This document shows, in pieces, positions 23,331 to 37,400 of a stretch of DNA of 64,000 nucleotides. Source of the stretch: Podarcis vaucheri (lineage: Eukaryota); assembly GCA_965113315.1 (NCBI GenBank), contig OZ220374.1, one strand, 5' to 3'. A program made the translations under genes and the position numbers. The notes beneath the pieces are model-generated. The model was given only the letters and a program-made list of their open reading frames with translations, was not told the DNA's origin and did not search any database. The first letter of the stretch is position 1. The number at the start of each line of letters is the position of its first letter.

Positions 23331-25342
23331 GTGCCCTTATCATTGGAGTGCTTTGCATACAAGTCCCACTGGATTCCTTATCATCACCATATGGGCCAAA
23401 TTGCAGACCTTGAACCACACAGAAAAGTTCCATTGGAAAACACCCTGAAGATAAAACATTGTTGAAAAAAGAACTGCTTCTTTACTGACATTCCAGCCAT
23501 GGGTTAGGGTTTAATCTATAATGAGCTCCAACCAGTGATCAGATTCACTGGAAGTCTTCCACCCCCTCCACAAGTCTTCATAATTGCTTCACTGTCGTCA
23601 GCTCCCCTGAATACTAAGGAACTGAAGTAATTCTTAGTAGAAAAATGGAACAACTGTGCCAACTGCCTAATAACTCCACAGAGTGGCCAAGGTATTGACA
23701 GAAGAACTAAACATGCCAACCAGAAAATCCCAATGTTCTTTGGAATGCTGTAACTTCCAATGGCATGTGTTTCCCATTCATCTAGTGTGGAGAGTTCCAT
23801 TTAAAGCTCTTCATTCTGCTTTTTTAAATATAATGCTAAGTAATTTTGTGTCATTTCTCACTTCACTGCCCACCCTTAGCTTGAGATCACTTACCAGCAA
23901 CTTAAGAAGCATCAGTTCCAACAATGATCCCTGGAGAATCCTTCTTATTATCTCTCTATGGTAAACATTCAATTTATTTCTACTCTTCGCTTTCTGTGTT
24001 TAACCAGTTATGAATCTCTTATTCCATGAGTGCTAAAGTTTACTCAGGAGACACTGTTGAAGACTAAATCAAAGGCCTTTTGGAAATCCATGTACAGCAC
24101 TGTCTACGTGATCACCCCTATCCACATGCTTGACACTTAGAACTATAAAAGTTTAGTGAATGACTCCCTTTGCAGAACCCATGCAGATTCATCTTTATAG
24201 TTCTTCTATATGCTTGACAAAATCATATTTAATAAAGCTTTCTACCAATTTATTTGGAACAGAAAGCAACACAAACCACAACTATTTCCTCTAATTTCAG
24301 TAGAATGTGTTCTTAGAAAGATAAACAAGCTTGACTTTTGTAACCCAACCATAAGTGTTGAAGATAGCAGGTGTCGTTCTTTCTCCTTATACTTATTCCT
24401 AATACTGGTGTATAAACGTAAATCCAGTTCAAATTCAAAAACTTGCATATGTTGCCAACAGCCCGTAAATAATGTAAGAAAATGCAAACCAATCTAATCC
24501 AATCAACTTGAATAAAATCACAATATTCACATGAAATTCATATTCTGGCAAGGGGTGAGAGAGTGAGGAAAAATGGAGCAAAAACAGAGCAAAGCTGCTT
24601 ATAGTACTAAGCTATATGGAAATAAGGCAAATAATTCCATAGGAAGTGTTTCTTCCACCTCCATTTCTCTTGAAATATCTGTGTTGATCTCCACTTACAC
24701 AGCAGGATCCCCAGTCAAGCTCTGGAAAGAAAACTAGAAAAAAACCTAGAATGCAGTGGACAGAATGCTAGGATGAACCACAACTTCTAGAGCATGGCCA
24801 GCCGTGAGCCTAGTGAAATAAGATGCTTTGAATCATAGAGCCAAGGTAATATCAAAGTTCTATCACATCCTTTTTTGCTCAGTAAATACACAAAATCTGC
24901 CAACCTTGCTAGCCTAAAGTTATATAAGAAACCTACCACCTCACACATTGTTCCTCACTAGGTTTTCTATAAAACATTCATGCTATATTCCGATTGAATC
25001 AAGCAGCCTCAGGTAACCTGGCTCCCTAGTAATCAGCAGTGGACCAATTTAAAACATTCCTGTCTCTCTCTCATTCCATTATTTTTCTTGATATAAAAAT
25101 TCATTGCAACCATTTGGAATGAACTAATTCTGACCACGAGGGGATGTACATTAAAAATAGCTGCCTACAATTGAAGTTTGAAAGCAATCCCTTATGACAC
25201 TGAATCATAGGCAGATCAGTCTGTCTATGTGCATTTGAATAGGAAGACTTTGCACAACGATAAAATATGCAACAAATAAATGAATAAAGCTGAGGAAATG
25301 ACAAGTCTAGAGAAGATTGAATTAAACTTATTGTCTTCTAAC

Positions 25343-25474
25343 CTGCCACCAGTTTGGGTCTTCACGATTCACAATTTGAAGAATTTCTCCTTTAGAAAAC
25401 TTGAGCCCTGCTTCTTTGCATGGAATCAGGTTGTCGTTATATGGATTATAATCGAAGTGACACTTAACAAATAC
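25343..25474 (-). CDS. PALS2: PALS2 coding exon 5 (SH3)
   Basis: [44 protein letters not shown]; 132 nt. Confidence 0.96.
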
Positions 25475-27438
25475 CTGTAACAAATAATGAAAGGGCTTAG
25501 CAAGTTCACATGATGCTTACTGCTTAACTCCAGACAATGCACATTTTTAAGAAGACAATTAAGTTTCTAGCAAGTATAAAAGCAGTTAGCCCAAATGGGC
25601 ACAAATTACTGACACTGGTCTGCTTTTCACATCACACTTGCCCCGACCATGGCTAATCATGGCTTAGCCCAAATGAGTAAGCGTGTGGGCTCCCAGAGAG
25701 CAGAACACAACCAGCTTGGTCCTCCCTGGTTGTTTTGTTGTTGTGCTTTACTAAGCCATTGTTTTGCTGAACTTGTTGTCTGAACCCAAACTTACGCTTT
25801 AGCTCACTCCAAGCAAATCACAAGCTGTACACCATAGGGTAAACAGTGGTTAAAGATTGTGGCTTGTCTAGAGAGAGCTGACGCACAAGCCTGGGCTCAA
25901 ACACACTAAGCCAAACCATGAACTTGTTTTAGCAAAGCACATTAATGAAACTGGAGCAGCACAGCAGCTACAATTTCCCCTCTGAGTGCCCACACATTCA
26001 CTCATGCACATTTGACTTGTGTGATGTATGAATGAGGGCATTAAACTTAGTGGCTGCATAAACTATGTTTTAAAGTGTTTAAAATATTTCCCAAACATTA
26101 GCTAAGAATAATCATAGGAGGTGAGAGCAATGCTTAATTTTTAATTAAGAAGGGTGCAAGACTGAAACTTGTGTGGCAATCCCTGCTATCTACCATGAAA
26201 AGAAACCTGCTCCTTAGTTCCAAGTGCAGAAAGACTGCAGTTGACCAATGGAATGAGGGAATGTACTCTTTACATGCTCAGCTAATATGGCTTCCTTGCT
26301 TCTCCTACTACAACCACCTCAGTTATCAATGGAATAGTAAGCCTTAAGAGACTTATTTTTGAACGCATTTAAAGTTTAAATTTATGTGGTGTGCCTTATT
26401 CCAGTTTTTCTGCAGGTCAGCAGAGCATATATGGGTGGTTCTATACTTTATGCCGCATATTGCATTATTTATTTTTTTATAAAATGCAAACTGCCAAGAG
26501 CCTTTTTAGAGAAAATACTAGGGAAAAATCAAAACCAAAATGTAAACACTAGTCAGATACACATTACTGAAGAATTGAGAACACTTTGAATGTCTACCAA
26601 CAACTTACATTTGATGACCAAACTAATACTTTCCAAACATTTCATCAGTATAGTTTGTTCTGTGCTTTTCAAAGAAAAATATCCCTTTTGACAGAACAAA
26701 TTGATCCAGCAAATCCTTCTTCTGTAAAGATGGGCTCACTTCTTATGCAATGAGGTTTTCTTTTCTACTCTGCATATTTGAGAACTGGATCAGAGCCCAG
26801 CCAGCCAAATGTAGCTTCACAACATGTTAGTACTGTGTAGACTTAATTTTTCATAAACTTTTTAAATATAGAAAGTTGTAATCTTGAGCAAAAACAAAAT
26901 GCTAACTTAAGAATTTATAAAAGAAGACTAAATGTAGCTCATTTTTTGTTTTAACTATAAACTGTATATAGTTTAAGCATATGTTGGACACAAAGGTATC
27001 AAAGTAAATGATATACTTTTTCTCATTTAAGAGGAATTCACAAAAACTTAACTCCTTCAGGAAAGTAATATAAAGCCCTTTTGTAGACAGTAAAGAGCAG
27101 CTTCAGAGGTGATCTCCTGCTCTGTTAATACACTGACAACGTATGTATTCTAAGTGAAAGAAAACCTTGTGCAATTATGTTAGATTATAATCTAACAAGA
27201 GAGTCATATTAATCCTGCATAGTATACACCCTACATAAGGATTTTATATTCCATCAAGTGGCCATTGGTGAGCCACTGACTGTAGACAACTGATTACTAT
27301 AGTTATGAGAATACACACACACAAAAATATAAAGAAAAAATAAAACATATAACCCCTGCAATAGTTGATTTAATTAACATTAGAGTAAAGGAAAGGAAAC
27401 AAATGAAGTCCCTTCAAGTGAAACATAGTACTACTCAC

Positions 27439-27666
27439 CTGTTGGGGAATAATATTATCTCTGTAGCTAGGAAGAATCTTCAGAGTGACACTTCCACTAA
27501 TACTTTTCAGAAGTTCTTGCAACTCTTTTGGATTGTTTCCAACTTCATGACCATTAACCTCTTTAATAATATCACCCACATGCAGAAGACCTTGTCGATC
27601 TATCATTCCTCCATGAAGGATTCTTGCAATTACCAGATCGTTATTCTCCACCCTAAATGTCACACC
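27439..27666 (-). CDS. PALS2: PALS2 coding exon 4 (PDZ)
   Basis: GVTFRVENNDLVIARILHGGMIDRQGLLHVGDIIKEVNG...ILPSYRDNIIPQQ; 228 nt. Confidence 0.97.
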
Positions 27667-28254
27667 CTAAATGAACAGTGGGAGGGCATCAGAGTTTATC
27701 TCTGCAACATATATCCACATTTTAAAACTAGACTCTTAATACTGTGACTGTGTATCACATGAGAGTTGTTAAAACTTTTATGTTCCTGAAATCCAAAAAA
27801 TGAAAAGTACTTCAAATAAGGAACTGACTAACAAAAATCTATTTGTCAGGCTTTCAGCTGACAGGAATGATTCCAGACAATTCTGAGTTCATTAAGATTT
27901 ATTCCACGGTGTAGGTAGCAAGAATGTATGCTACCCAGTTAACATATATAAAATCAAGCTTGTAGTTACCAAGGCCCCTGAGGAGTTTCTGGTAAATGGC
28001 ATTATTTTACCCAACATAGGTAAAGGTTTCAACAGCTCTTGAAAACTCTGAACTACTCAGATGCACTTAGGAAGTTTTCTCTTCCCTACTTCTGTTCCAC
28101 CTTAGGCTATAGCTTCAGTTGAGAATGGATTTATCTTCTTACAACATAGGTTAAGAGAAGCAAGAAAGTCAATACACACAGACATGTCGAATATCCCTCC
28201 CCTCTGTATGTAGGGAAGGTGGGAAAACGGAATGTTCTTTCACAATTTACTTAC

Positions 28255-28407
28255 CAGCGGCTCCCCTGCTCTTTTGTGAATGCCAAGTATACGGATGGCA
28301 TCCACGGGCACTATCTGATTATTCACTGAAGAATTATTGATTTCTGGGCTAGAGGGAGGAGATTCATAACACTTTGATGCCACAATATCATGGGCTTCCA
28401 AGAGTGA
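28255..28407 (-). CDS. PALS2: PALS2 coding exon 3
   Basis: SLLEAHDIVASKCYESPPSSPEINNSSVNNQIVPVDAIRILGIHKRAGEPL; 153 nt. Confidence 0.96.
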
Positions 28408-28891
28408 CTGCAAAAAACAAAACATACATACATACATATGTAATGGAGTGTAGCAGTGCAATTACTAAAGTTACAATTGTTTCTATCTAAGTGATAATTG
28501 CCCCAACAGTCAGAAAAGGAGAAATGTAATAACTCCTCAACATTTCTGTGAACAAGTGGACACTGCAAAAATTCATAAGCTCAATTTGCATGTCAAAAGA
28601 GCAAGACAGTAAGCTTCTAGTTAATCCTTTTTTACTAGTTTTCATTTTAAGGTAATTCTTCCTATGCATGTTCTGCAGTTTAGAAAGTGGTGCTTAAATC
28701 TCATTTAAACTAGAGCAACAAATTGTTTAAGATTAACAGAGGTTTCTTCCATTTCAGCAGGACACAAAACATAACTAACTCTCTGGATAAAGGACACAGT
28801 GTTTTATCTTTAATTAGATGAAAATTGATTTTCATACATTATAGTAAGTGAACAAAAGTATTTTTTATTGTTAAGAATGAAGTAATCTTAC

Positions 28892-29044
28892 CAAAAAGTG
28901 TGGCTCCTTCAGTATACCAACCAACTCTGCAATGTTTTCATCTTTGTTTATTAATGGACTGATGTCTTCAAGAATCTCATTTACCAATTCCAGATTGTTG
29001 TCACTGACAGCCTCAAGCTTAGAATCTTCCAGTCGTTCATGAGC
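28892..29044 (-). CDS. PALS2: PALS2 coding exon 2 (L27)
   Basis: AHERLEDSKLEAVSDNNLELVNEILEDISPLINKDENIAELVGILKEPHFL; 153 nt. Confidence 0.96.
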
Positions 29045-29432
29045 CTGTGAAGATTGGAAAACAGACCTTAGATTGACTGGAAAATTTTTGATTAACAACT
29101 CTGCTTCTCCAACTGCATTGCCTCTGGTTGCTTGTTCAGATAGTCTAGCATACAACTCTATCTTCTGAATAGTTATTTGGTTCCCCTACCTCTAGCAATA
29201 CAAGCAAGATACTATGGCTAGCATACAGCTCTGTGGGAGCAATAAAATGTATCAGCCACAGAAACAAGGTTAGCAGGTTTTTTCCTCACCTTGGCAACTG
29301 TTATGGTGACTAGTGTTTACTTAATTCTGTGCACCATCACCATACATGCGAAACTGATTTCTTAAAGCATAAATAGACCAACAAAGTTGGCAGCTGTAGG
29401 TGATATATGGTTAGTGAAAGCACCTTTTACCC

Positions 29433-29565
29433 AGAATTATAGAGCTGGGACCCTGAGGATCATCTAGACCAACCCTCTGCAACGCAGGAGTATGCAGCTG
29501 TCTTATCTGGGGATCGAACCTGAGATCTTGGTGTTATCAGCACCATGCTCTACCCAACTGAGCTA
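29433..29565 (-). mobile_element. tRNA-derived SINE with CR1 3' tail
   Basis: A box TAGCTCAGTTGG and B box GGTTCGATCCC on -, then GGGTTGGTCTAGATGATCCTCAGGGTCCC. Confidence 0.7.
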
Positions 29566-30608
29566 TCATAAATCCTCATTGGGAAGGGCTTTCTCTGGCC
29601 TTCCTGAATTGTGATGCTGCTATCTTGTATACTGTTTTGCTCACTGATCTATTTATGACACTTTATTACTTTAGTCTGCTCTTCATTGCTATGAGTGCCT
29701 TTGAGCTAAAAAACCAGCATACAAATAAATTGTAATCACAATCCTTGAGATCTTGATTCAAGGAAAGTGTTGCTAGCAAAGTGTAATCTGGATATCCAGA
29801 TTTCCAGCATATACATATTTTATCTTTAAAAGTCTGTTAACAGTGCATTGAAGAATTCTGATATGGAAACTTTAAACTCATATATTTAGTTTCTCTCTTT
29901 AAGCAGCCATCAGATTCTCTACTCGATTCATTTTTTTTAATTTTTTTTTGGCACAAGTATAGATGTATCCTCAACCATTGTAAGTTTTAGAAAAACAGAT
30001 CAGCGTTCCTTTACTGAAATTATGTATACAATTTTGTGATCCTAACTGTTTATAATATGGGAAACTGCCTTAAGTAATAGTTGCCAGTGAACTCAGTCAC
30101 CCAAAACATATCTAGAGTGTCTGTGGGAAGAGTAGAACACCGGGTTGAAAGGAGCAGATAAAATCCCCCCAAAATGCTCAGGCCTTTCAAAAGGCTTATA
30201 ATTATAGTTCATTTCATTTCTATATCACTTTGTATTATTAAGGAAAAATAATCTGAAATCGGTTTTCAACACATTAAAACATTAAATACTACAATCCAGT
30301 ACTAAAACATTACAATCCCCTTTCTATGCTGGATGACATCACTTTGTACACAGGGACTTGAAGCATATTCAGCTGTGAGTGTGAGGCAAGTTCTTCACAC
30401 TCATTCACACTCATTGCCCTGCAGAATCTTGCTAGTCCTTACCAAGAGGGTTATAGACACAGAAATCTAGACCCCACTGCACACATGATAAAGTCCAGCA
30501 ACTCTCCATAAACTGAGCTCTTTCCAGCCCCACCTTCATGCTAAATTCTGAAGTTAATATTAATATATATATTAAATATATATTTATATATTTATACAAC
30601 ACTGTCAC

Positions 30609-30725
30609 CTTAGCAAGCGATCTTACAATAGGGTTCTCCATAATTCCTTTCAAGAAAATAAGGTCTATTTCTTCAGCTCCTGCTGATGGAGGCAAGTCCG
30701 TAAGGTTGTCCAAAACTTGCTGCAT
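30609..30725 (-). CDS. PALS2: PALS2 coding exon 1 (L27N)
   Basis: MQQVLDNLTDLPPSAGAEEIDLIFLKGIMENPIVRSLAK; donor AAG|GTgaca; tandem cagCAG acceptor just before the ATG. Confidence 0.96.
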
Positions 30726-31929
30726 TGCTGCTGAAAACAAAGATGAAAAGGGAGAAGTTCAGCAAGAGATCATTTTTTAAAAAGTTAGGCTTAATCAAAT
30801 AAATTTAGCATGACGATTTTTCCTTTTAAACTGTCATTAAACTATTTAAGGCCCAAGCACAGTTTTCACATCATCTGATTATTTTTTAAAGAAGCATTTC
30901 AACAGTTTACATATAAGTGTGTAAAAAACTAAGTCATCATTAGTGCTTATGGCACAGTTCAAACCCAGTTACTGTGTATGTTGTTGTAAGTGGACCGATC
31001 TGTATGCTTAGAACAGAGATATAAAAGACATGGTCAGTAGTGCTGAACCTAAATGGATGTAATTACTGGCCCACAATTGTATTTGAAGACACAAGTATAC
31101 ACTCACAGTTGCATTAAATTTTAGCTGATCAAAATCCCACCACCATTAACCTTAAGTGCATAATATTGAGAAAAGGAGGTATGGCGGTATTCAGAAATAA
31201 GCTGAGAAGAAAAAGCAGCTACCCCTTTCAAAACCACAAAAACACAAGCAACTAGTCTGTTAAGAACACAAATCTCATTTGAGAAAATTCCAATAGATTC
31301 TGCACTGTTGTAATCCAGTTGCCTTTATTGTATAAGATGAACAGAAGACACTCTTAATAGCCCCTTCTTCAAAAAACTATTTTTCTAGCCAGTTGTACTA
31401 AGTACAATTTTTCAGCCATATAGTACCATTCTCAAAGTGAAATGGAGTTGGATTTAAGGAATAGCTGCTATACCCACACTTTCTAATAAATGCATCCCAT
31501 TTCTTCCTAGCAAACAAGTTCTCACTGAAAGCATGTGTAGGAGGCTAATGACAGTCACATTATGCTTTCAGAAATTTTGACAGCAACGGGGATTTTTTTC
31601 TTTAGTGGATAAACCAGGGTTGTTGCCAATCACTCTTAAGGTTTCTGAAACATAATGCAGTTGTGCTAGTTAACATAAAGATTAGGGGGAGCAACGCAGG
31701 CATAGCAGAAAATTCAAGTTAATAATCCAGGCTGTTCTGGAACTTGAAGAAACAGATACTAACACCTAGCCATCTAAAATATTTTTCCAGTTCTGCCTAA
31801 AGAAACCAAGACAACCAGTGTAAGCTGCCACCTTGTTTAAACTCAAAGATCTTGAAAGATGCACAGAAATTTTTCTCACATCTAATATGTCTGTGTACAC
31901 CCAAAGGTTTTCAACATGCTTGAGACAAA

Positions 31930-32240
31930 TGTATAAGCTACATAGTGTTCAGTTTCAGTCTCTACATCTCAGAAAAAGGTATTATACATCTGGAAAAGGA
32001 CAACCAAATGATCCACTTCCCTATGATGAAAGGTTACACTATCGGGAGCTTTTTAGTTTAGAAAACAAGAAAAAGGAAGGGGGAAGGACGTGACAGACGT
32101 TTGTAAAATTATGCATGGTGTGAACAAAAACAAACATACTAGAACAGGGGCCATCCAGTGAAGCTGAATATTGCAAGGACAGTTCAGGACAGACAAAAGA
32201 AAGTACTTCTTCACTGGGCACACAGCTAAAATGTCTCTTA
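31930..32240 (+). mobile_element. CR1 LINE 3' fragment
   Basis: LPYDERLHYRELFSLENKK...RG resembles CR1 LxYEERLxxLGLFSLEKRRLRG. Confidence 0.65.
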
Positions 32241-34396
32241 ATGGCTATATTTCACCAAGTACCTGAAGTTGCCATTGTCTTAGGGAGTCATGTGGTAGGG
32301 ACAAATGATGTTTGTATAATACCTACTACTGGAACCAATTTGTATAATAATTGAGAATATACTGGGGGGGGGGGGCTAAAAATTCTACTTCACTAAACCC
32401 AAGGCTCACATCCTAATCAATATATATAGTAGCTCTTGAAAATTTATATTGTGCCAATTGTACAAAACACAATCAGTCTTGCTGTTGTAATTTATTTGAT
32501 ATGGGCCATTTCAGGTACACATCTTGCAACATGAGCCCACATTACAACTGTTAATTGTTATAAAAGCAAATGAATTATTATTTGAAAATGAATAATATGC
32601 TCTTTCATAAAATGTAACAAGGCTGCTTACAACATAATAGTAGCAATAAAATCAGTCTTTAATTATGTTTAATAGATACCTATAGACTGAATAAAGCATC
32701 AGTAGATACTGGTTGGTTTAAAGAAAAACTCATATTGTGAAAGCCTATCTAAACAGTTCGGTTTTTAGAAGATGTCTCAAAGTGGGCTGGGACAACTTCC
32801 TTCTAATAAATTTGGAAGCATGTGCATGACACCACCTCTCTATTCCAATTATTTAATCCAAACAACCCTGTAAGGTAGAAGCTATTCTGAGAAATGAGAC
32901 TGGCCCAAGATGACCCAATTAATTCCATGGCTAGAACATAACCTATTACAGTGTGACTGGCAGTGAATCACCACGGCTTCTTTTCCCAACATCCCATCCG
33001 ATCCCATCTCAGGGACAGATCCACAAATTCTGCACATTCATACCACTACCACCAGGCTTGCTCATATCTTGCCTCATATCCTCGCCACTCCACTGGAAGT
33101 CTGAGGAGCAACAGCTTCTCATTTCAGCTCTGTCCAGTTGCTATAGCTGGAACAAGGAAAGACACCATGGTATCTCTAGAGTTATTTTGACTTTCTCTGC
33201 TGTGTGTAGATTGGCTGGCTCTTCAAAACTCATTTGCTCAACAGACATTTGTCCTTTATTTTAACACACTGTCATTTGGATTATATAAAAGAATAATTTA
33301 GTGTGTGGATAGGTCTGCAATTTTAATGAATGTTGATTCCATTTATTCAAAATCCAGAGATAGATGGCAACCAGCCCAATCCATTATGTTCATGTCCACC
33401 ATTCTAAAAAACAACTTCATATTAGACTTCTATCAACAGTTGTTCATATAAAGCTCCACATACAGGCAATTAAGACTATCTCAACCATTTTCAAGCAGTG
33501 GCAGTGTATCCAACAATACTATCAGTCTTGTATAAATTATATTACTCTATACTATTAAAATGCAGTGGCTGACATTTATCTTTGTGAGGAAGCACAGACT
33601 TCCTCAGCAGGATATAAATGATCCTAACAGGTTAGGTTAATGTCCGTCCAGCCCAGAATGTAATATTCAACTGTGGTGGCCAGTATACTAATTTCTTTCT
33701 AAGGACATGTATTACAAGAAAAGTTATATGGAACCGTAATTCCCTCTAAGCTTAAGGAAGACAATGTTTTAATGGCATCATACAAATGAGCTTCATCATA
33801 CTGGTTAATAGCTATAAGTCAGGACTACCAGTTTAGATATGTCTAATCTTTTTCTGAACCCAGTCATGCTATTGGCCATGATAATATCCTTCAGCAATTA
33901 ATCAATAGCTCCTTACTACCATGCATGAAGGCCTTTTCTTTAAAGTAAACATACAAATTATACAATTCTCTTGAAACAAGTTATCTTTAAAGAAACCAAA
34001 TACTTATCATCATGAATTATGCCCATCATATTCCACATGAACACCAATTCACATTTATCAAGGTTATAAACCCTAAGCCTTTACATGTGATTGCATGTGA
34101 TATCATAACGTCTAATCTGAAAGCTACACACGTCTTAGGAAAACGGCCCTGGTCTATCTATCTCAATACTGACTGGCAGCAGCTCGCCAGGATTTCAGAG
34201 AGGAGTCTTTCCCATTCCTACCTGGATATGCCAGGAATTGAACCTGGAATTTACAGCATTCAAAGCAGACGTGGTACCACTGAGGTATGGCCCTTCCCCA
34301 CATATTTTAGAGGCACAGCAAAACATAGGATATTTCAAACATTCTTCATCTTAAGGTACAATGTAAAAGGTTGAAGGCAACTGTTTCTCATTTCAG

Positions 34397-34398
<2 letters not shown>

Positions 34399-34463
<65 letters not shown>
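34399..34463. repeat. Compound (TC)n(AC)n microsatellite
   Basis: Directly visible. Confidence 0.95.
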
Positions 34464-34467
<4 letters not shown>

Positions 34468-37400
34468 ATTACTCTACAATTTTGAAGGAAATGATACATT
34501 TTTTCCATCAAGAGTAGCTTCAGTTCAATGCTTCCAGCAGAAGCCGTGTAAAGAACGGTGGATATATGAAAGTCTTAAATATTGTTTCTTACGCATTAAT
34601 ACAAGTATGGCCAATGCCATTCGTTTAAAAAATGCTTTCCAAAATTAGGCCACTCCTTTGCTTATTCCAAGCTCACATAGTTACCTATTCATAATCCACA
34701 GCAGCTATGGAGTGTCAAAATTCCCAATGCAATCCCAGGCATGCTTACTCCAAAATCCCGCTGAGTATAATGAGACTTGCTTCTAAGTAAGTGCACTTAG
34801 GAATGAAGCTTTAAACAGATTACATCTTTCTATTTTCCCACCCTAGCTACAAAACTATGTTCTATATAGATTAGGACTCCATGATATTTAGAATATGCTT
34901 GCCATTAGTAATCTGCCCGTACTATTTATCATGTATGTAGTTCTCCCAACAGTTGTTATCACAGCCACAATTCTACATCAACTGTGACATTTATGGCTTT
35001 TGTAGGCTACTGGAGAAAACTGAACATCTGAAGGACAGAAAACAATCTTATAATTCAATACAAGCAGTGACTCCCATCAGAAAGTGACACAGATGCGGTA
35101 ACATTATTTGTTATCTGCTAGATTTCCAATTGGGTCCCTAACTGGGTTACAACAGCTCCTATCATACAAATACAAGCCTTCAGTTTGAAAATGTCACAAA
35201 TGTTAGAATGGTCTTCCAGGCTTGTTCCCACCCACCACGCTGTTTCACAGCAGTTCACACATTAGTGTGGCATGCAAACATGTTAATGTGCCACATCAGG
35301 TTTGACAGGCAGAAAAGTGGGCAAATAAGTTGACTGAGCATATGTATACACAGAATAAATCCACATCTGGAGAGTAGGGCACATCTGACTTGTTCCTGGC
35401 ACCCTACCATGAACATAGAGCACATGCTGCGCCAGAGTGCAAGCTGACCCTTGATCTGCATGCAAGAGTCACAGTTTATTGATCATTCAAAACCAGGGCT
35501 TCGGTCTAAGTGGAATCAACTCAAGTATTATAGTTTGATTCAGTTAAGGAAGAACACAGGAAGTTGCCTTATACCAAGTTGCCACGCGCCAATCTATTTC
35601 AGTGTTTGCACTGACTGGCATCAGCTCTCCAGGGTTTCAGACTTTGCTTTCCTATAGGTCAGCCTTTTCCAGCCCTCTCTATAGTACATGAGTGCTATTG
35701 CATTCATTTTCTGTTTGTGGGCTTCCCATAGGCATTTGGTTGGCCACTGTGGGAACAGAATACTGGACCTTTGGTCTGACCCAGCAGGTCTCTTTATGTT
35801 CTTAGCCTTGAGATGCCAGGTTGCACCTAGGACCTTTTCATGCCAAGAATGTGTTCTACGACTCAGCTATATTGATTCTCCTAAGGCAGGGATTACCAAC
35901 ATAGTGCCTGCAGGGTCCTCTCCCCACATTATAAGCTTGAAAGCAGCATCCTATTGTAGCCAACATAGATTATGTGTTACCCACAACTATTTCTCTATTT
36001 TGCAATTGTACCCAAGAGGACTGGGTGAGTTAAGGTTTAGTTCCCTATATTTCAGATAATGTTACATCGTGGTTAGAGCCTCTAGTAATTTTGAGGAATA
36101 TATAGCAGCTATGTGGAGATCCTAGGGATGAATATATGGATACAAACAACCACCACAGGGGTCTTTTTTCCATGAAAGATGCAAAGCTGATACTAGCTGA
36201 TGCCTTTTGGGGGTTACAAAAATGTTAAGTGATTGCCTCAAGTGTTTTAGATGACTCCTGTGAACATTTAATGAGTCTTCTGGCACCTTCAAGAGCAACA
36301 GATTTGTGGTAACATAAGGTTTCATGGATTAGAGCCGACTCTGTCAGATGCATGCCATGAAGTGTTCTCAGGACGCACATGTATGTGCACACATGGGTAC
36401 AAAGGGGTGTGTGTGCAAAGAGTAGAGCTAAAAGGACCTGTCATGCAAGAAAAATCATTGTCGGAGACAGAAATGATCAGCTTATAGAGAATGCAAACTG
36501 GGGCCCTCCCCAAGCAAACTGCTTACTGTCTAGGGAACCCCTTATCCATGCTATCATTATGAAAGGCTCTGGAATGAAGTGTGTATGTCCAACTAAGTGT
36601 GTGCGTTCCTTATTAAGTGTGCGTATTCCTTATTTGACACATTCACAAGCTGAGCAATTGCTAAAAATCCATGACATTTTAAAGTTTTCTGAATTGTCCT
36701 CCGAGGAAAAATTTAAGCCTTGCTTTCAGTGTTTAAATGGCCGTTTTTACAATTTAACTTTCAGCATCTGCTTTGCCATCACCTACTGCTGTAGTTTTTC
36801 TTTCCTCCTGCTTCTAAGACTATTGATTTAATGCATGCTCCAATAATACATTAAAGTGTTAAAAACTGCCTGAAGCTGTAAAAGTTTTTCTATGGCTTAT
36901 GAAATGGAAGGGGCATGATCACAGCAATAGGAGTAATCAAAGGGCCATAGGCGATTACTATCGCTATATAGCTGCATGTATAAGATGAAATGACCGCAGA
37001 AGTAGGCTGCACTGCTACTAGAACTCTACCTTTAGTCATTTGAAGCCAAATCTACTGAAAGTTGCTAAAAAGATATCAAAGCTGTACCACTATCCCAAAA
37101 GAAATCTAACAGGGCAACAAGTTCAGTAAGTTCTAAATAATTCAATAAACATAACTAGAAAAATATTAGTTTGCACTCTGGTTGCATGTGTGCCTTATTA
37201 GCAACTGATATGGAGCGCACAATTACAGTGACAGGAGAGGAAATAAAGCTGCATCTGGGCTTCTTGAGTGATTTTACTCTCATGATAAAGAGCCTAAATA
37301 ACAAAGATTGAGAATCCCAAGGCTACATCATATAAAGAAGCTTATTATGGATGGAAAACAAGGAGAAGGAAGAGAACACACAATGACAATGGAAGCCATG

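Larger units (their letters stand above)
15077..30725 (-). other. PALS2: PALS2/MPP6 (MAGUK p55 subfamily member 6; L27-L27-PDZ-SH3-HOOK-GUK), complete 11-exon CDS, 540 aa
   Basis: Exons of 117, 153, 153, 228, 132, 100, 69, 162, 203, 129 and 177 nt sum to 1623 nt, all GT-AG and in phase. Translation is nearly identical to vertebrate MPP6 as I recall it. Confidence 0.98.

Noticed and set aside
27054-27149. Cryptic exon in the PALS2 PDZ-SH3 intron (strong ttttctttcacttAG acceptor on -)
   Set aside because: Contains an in-frame stop and has only a weak donor; unsupported without RNA data.
35950-36320. Nested + strand gene or pseudogene (exon-like ag...gtgagt and ttcag patterns)
   Set aside because: In-frame stops, no recognisable protein and no further exons; probably chance or a very old repeat. 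A tblastx search would settle it.
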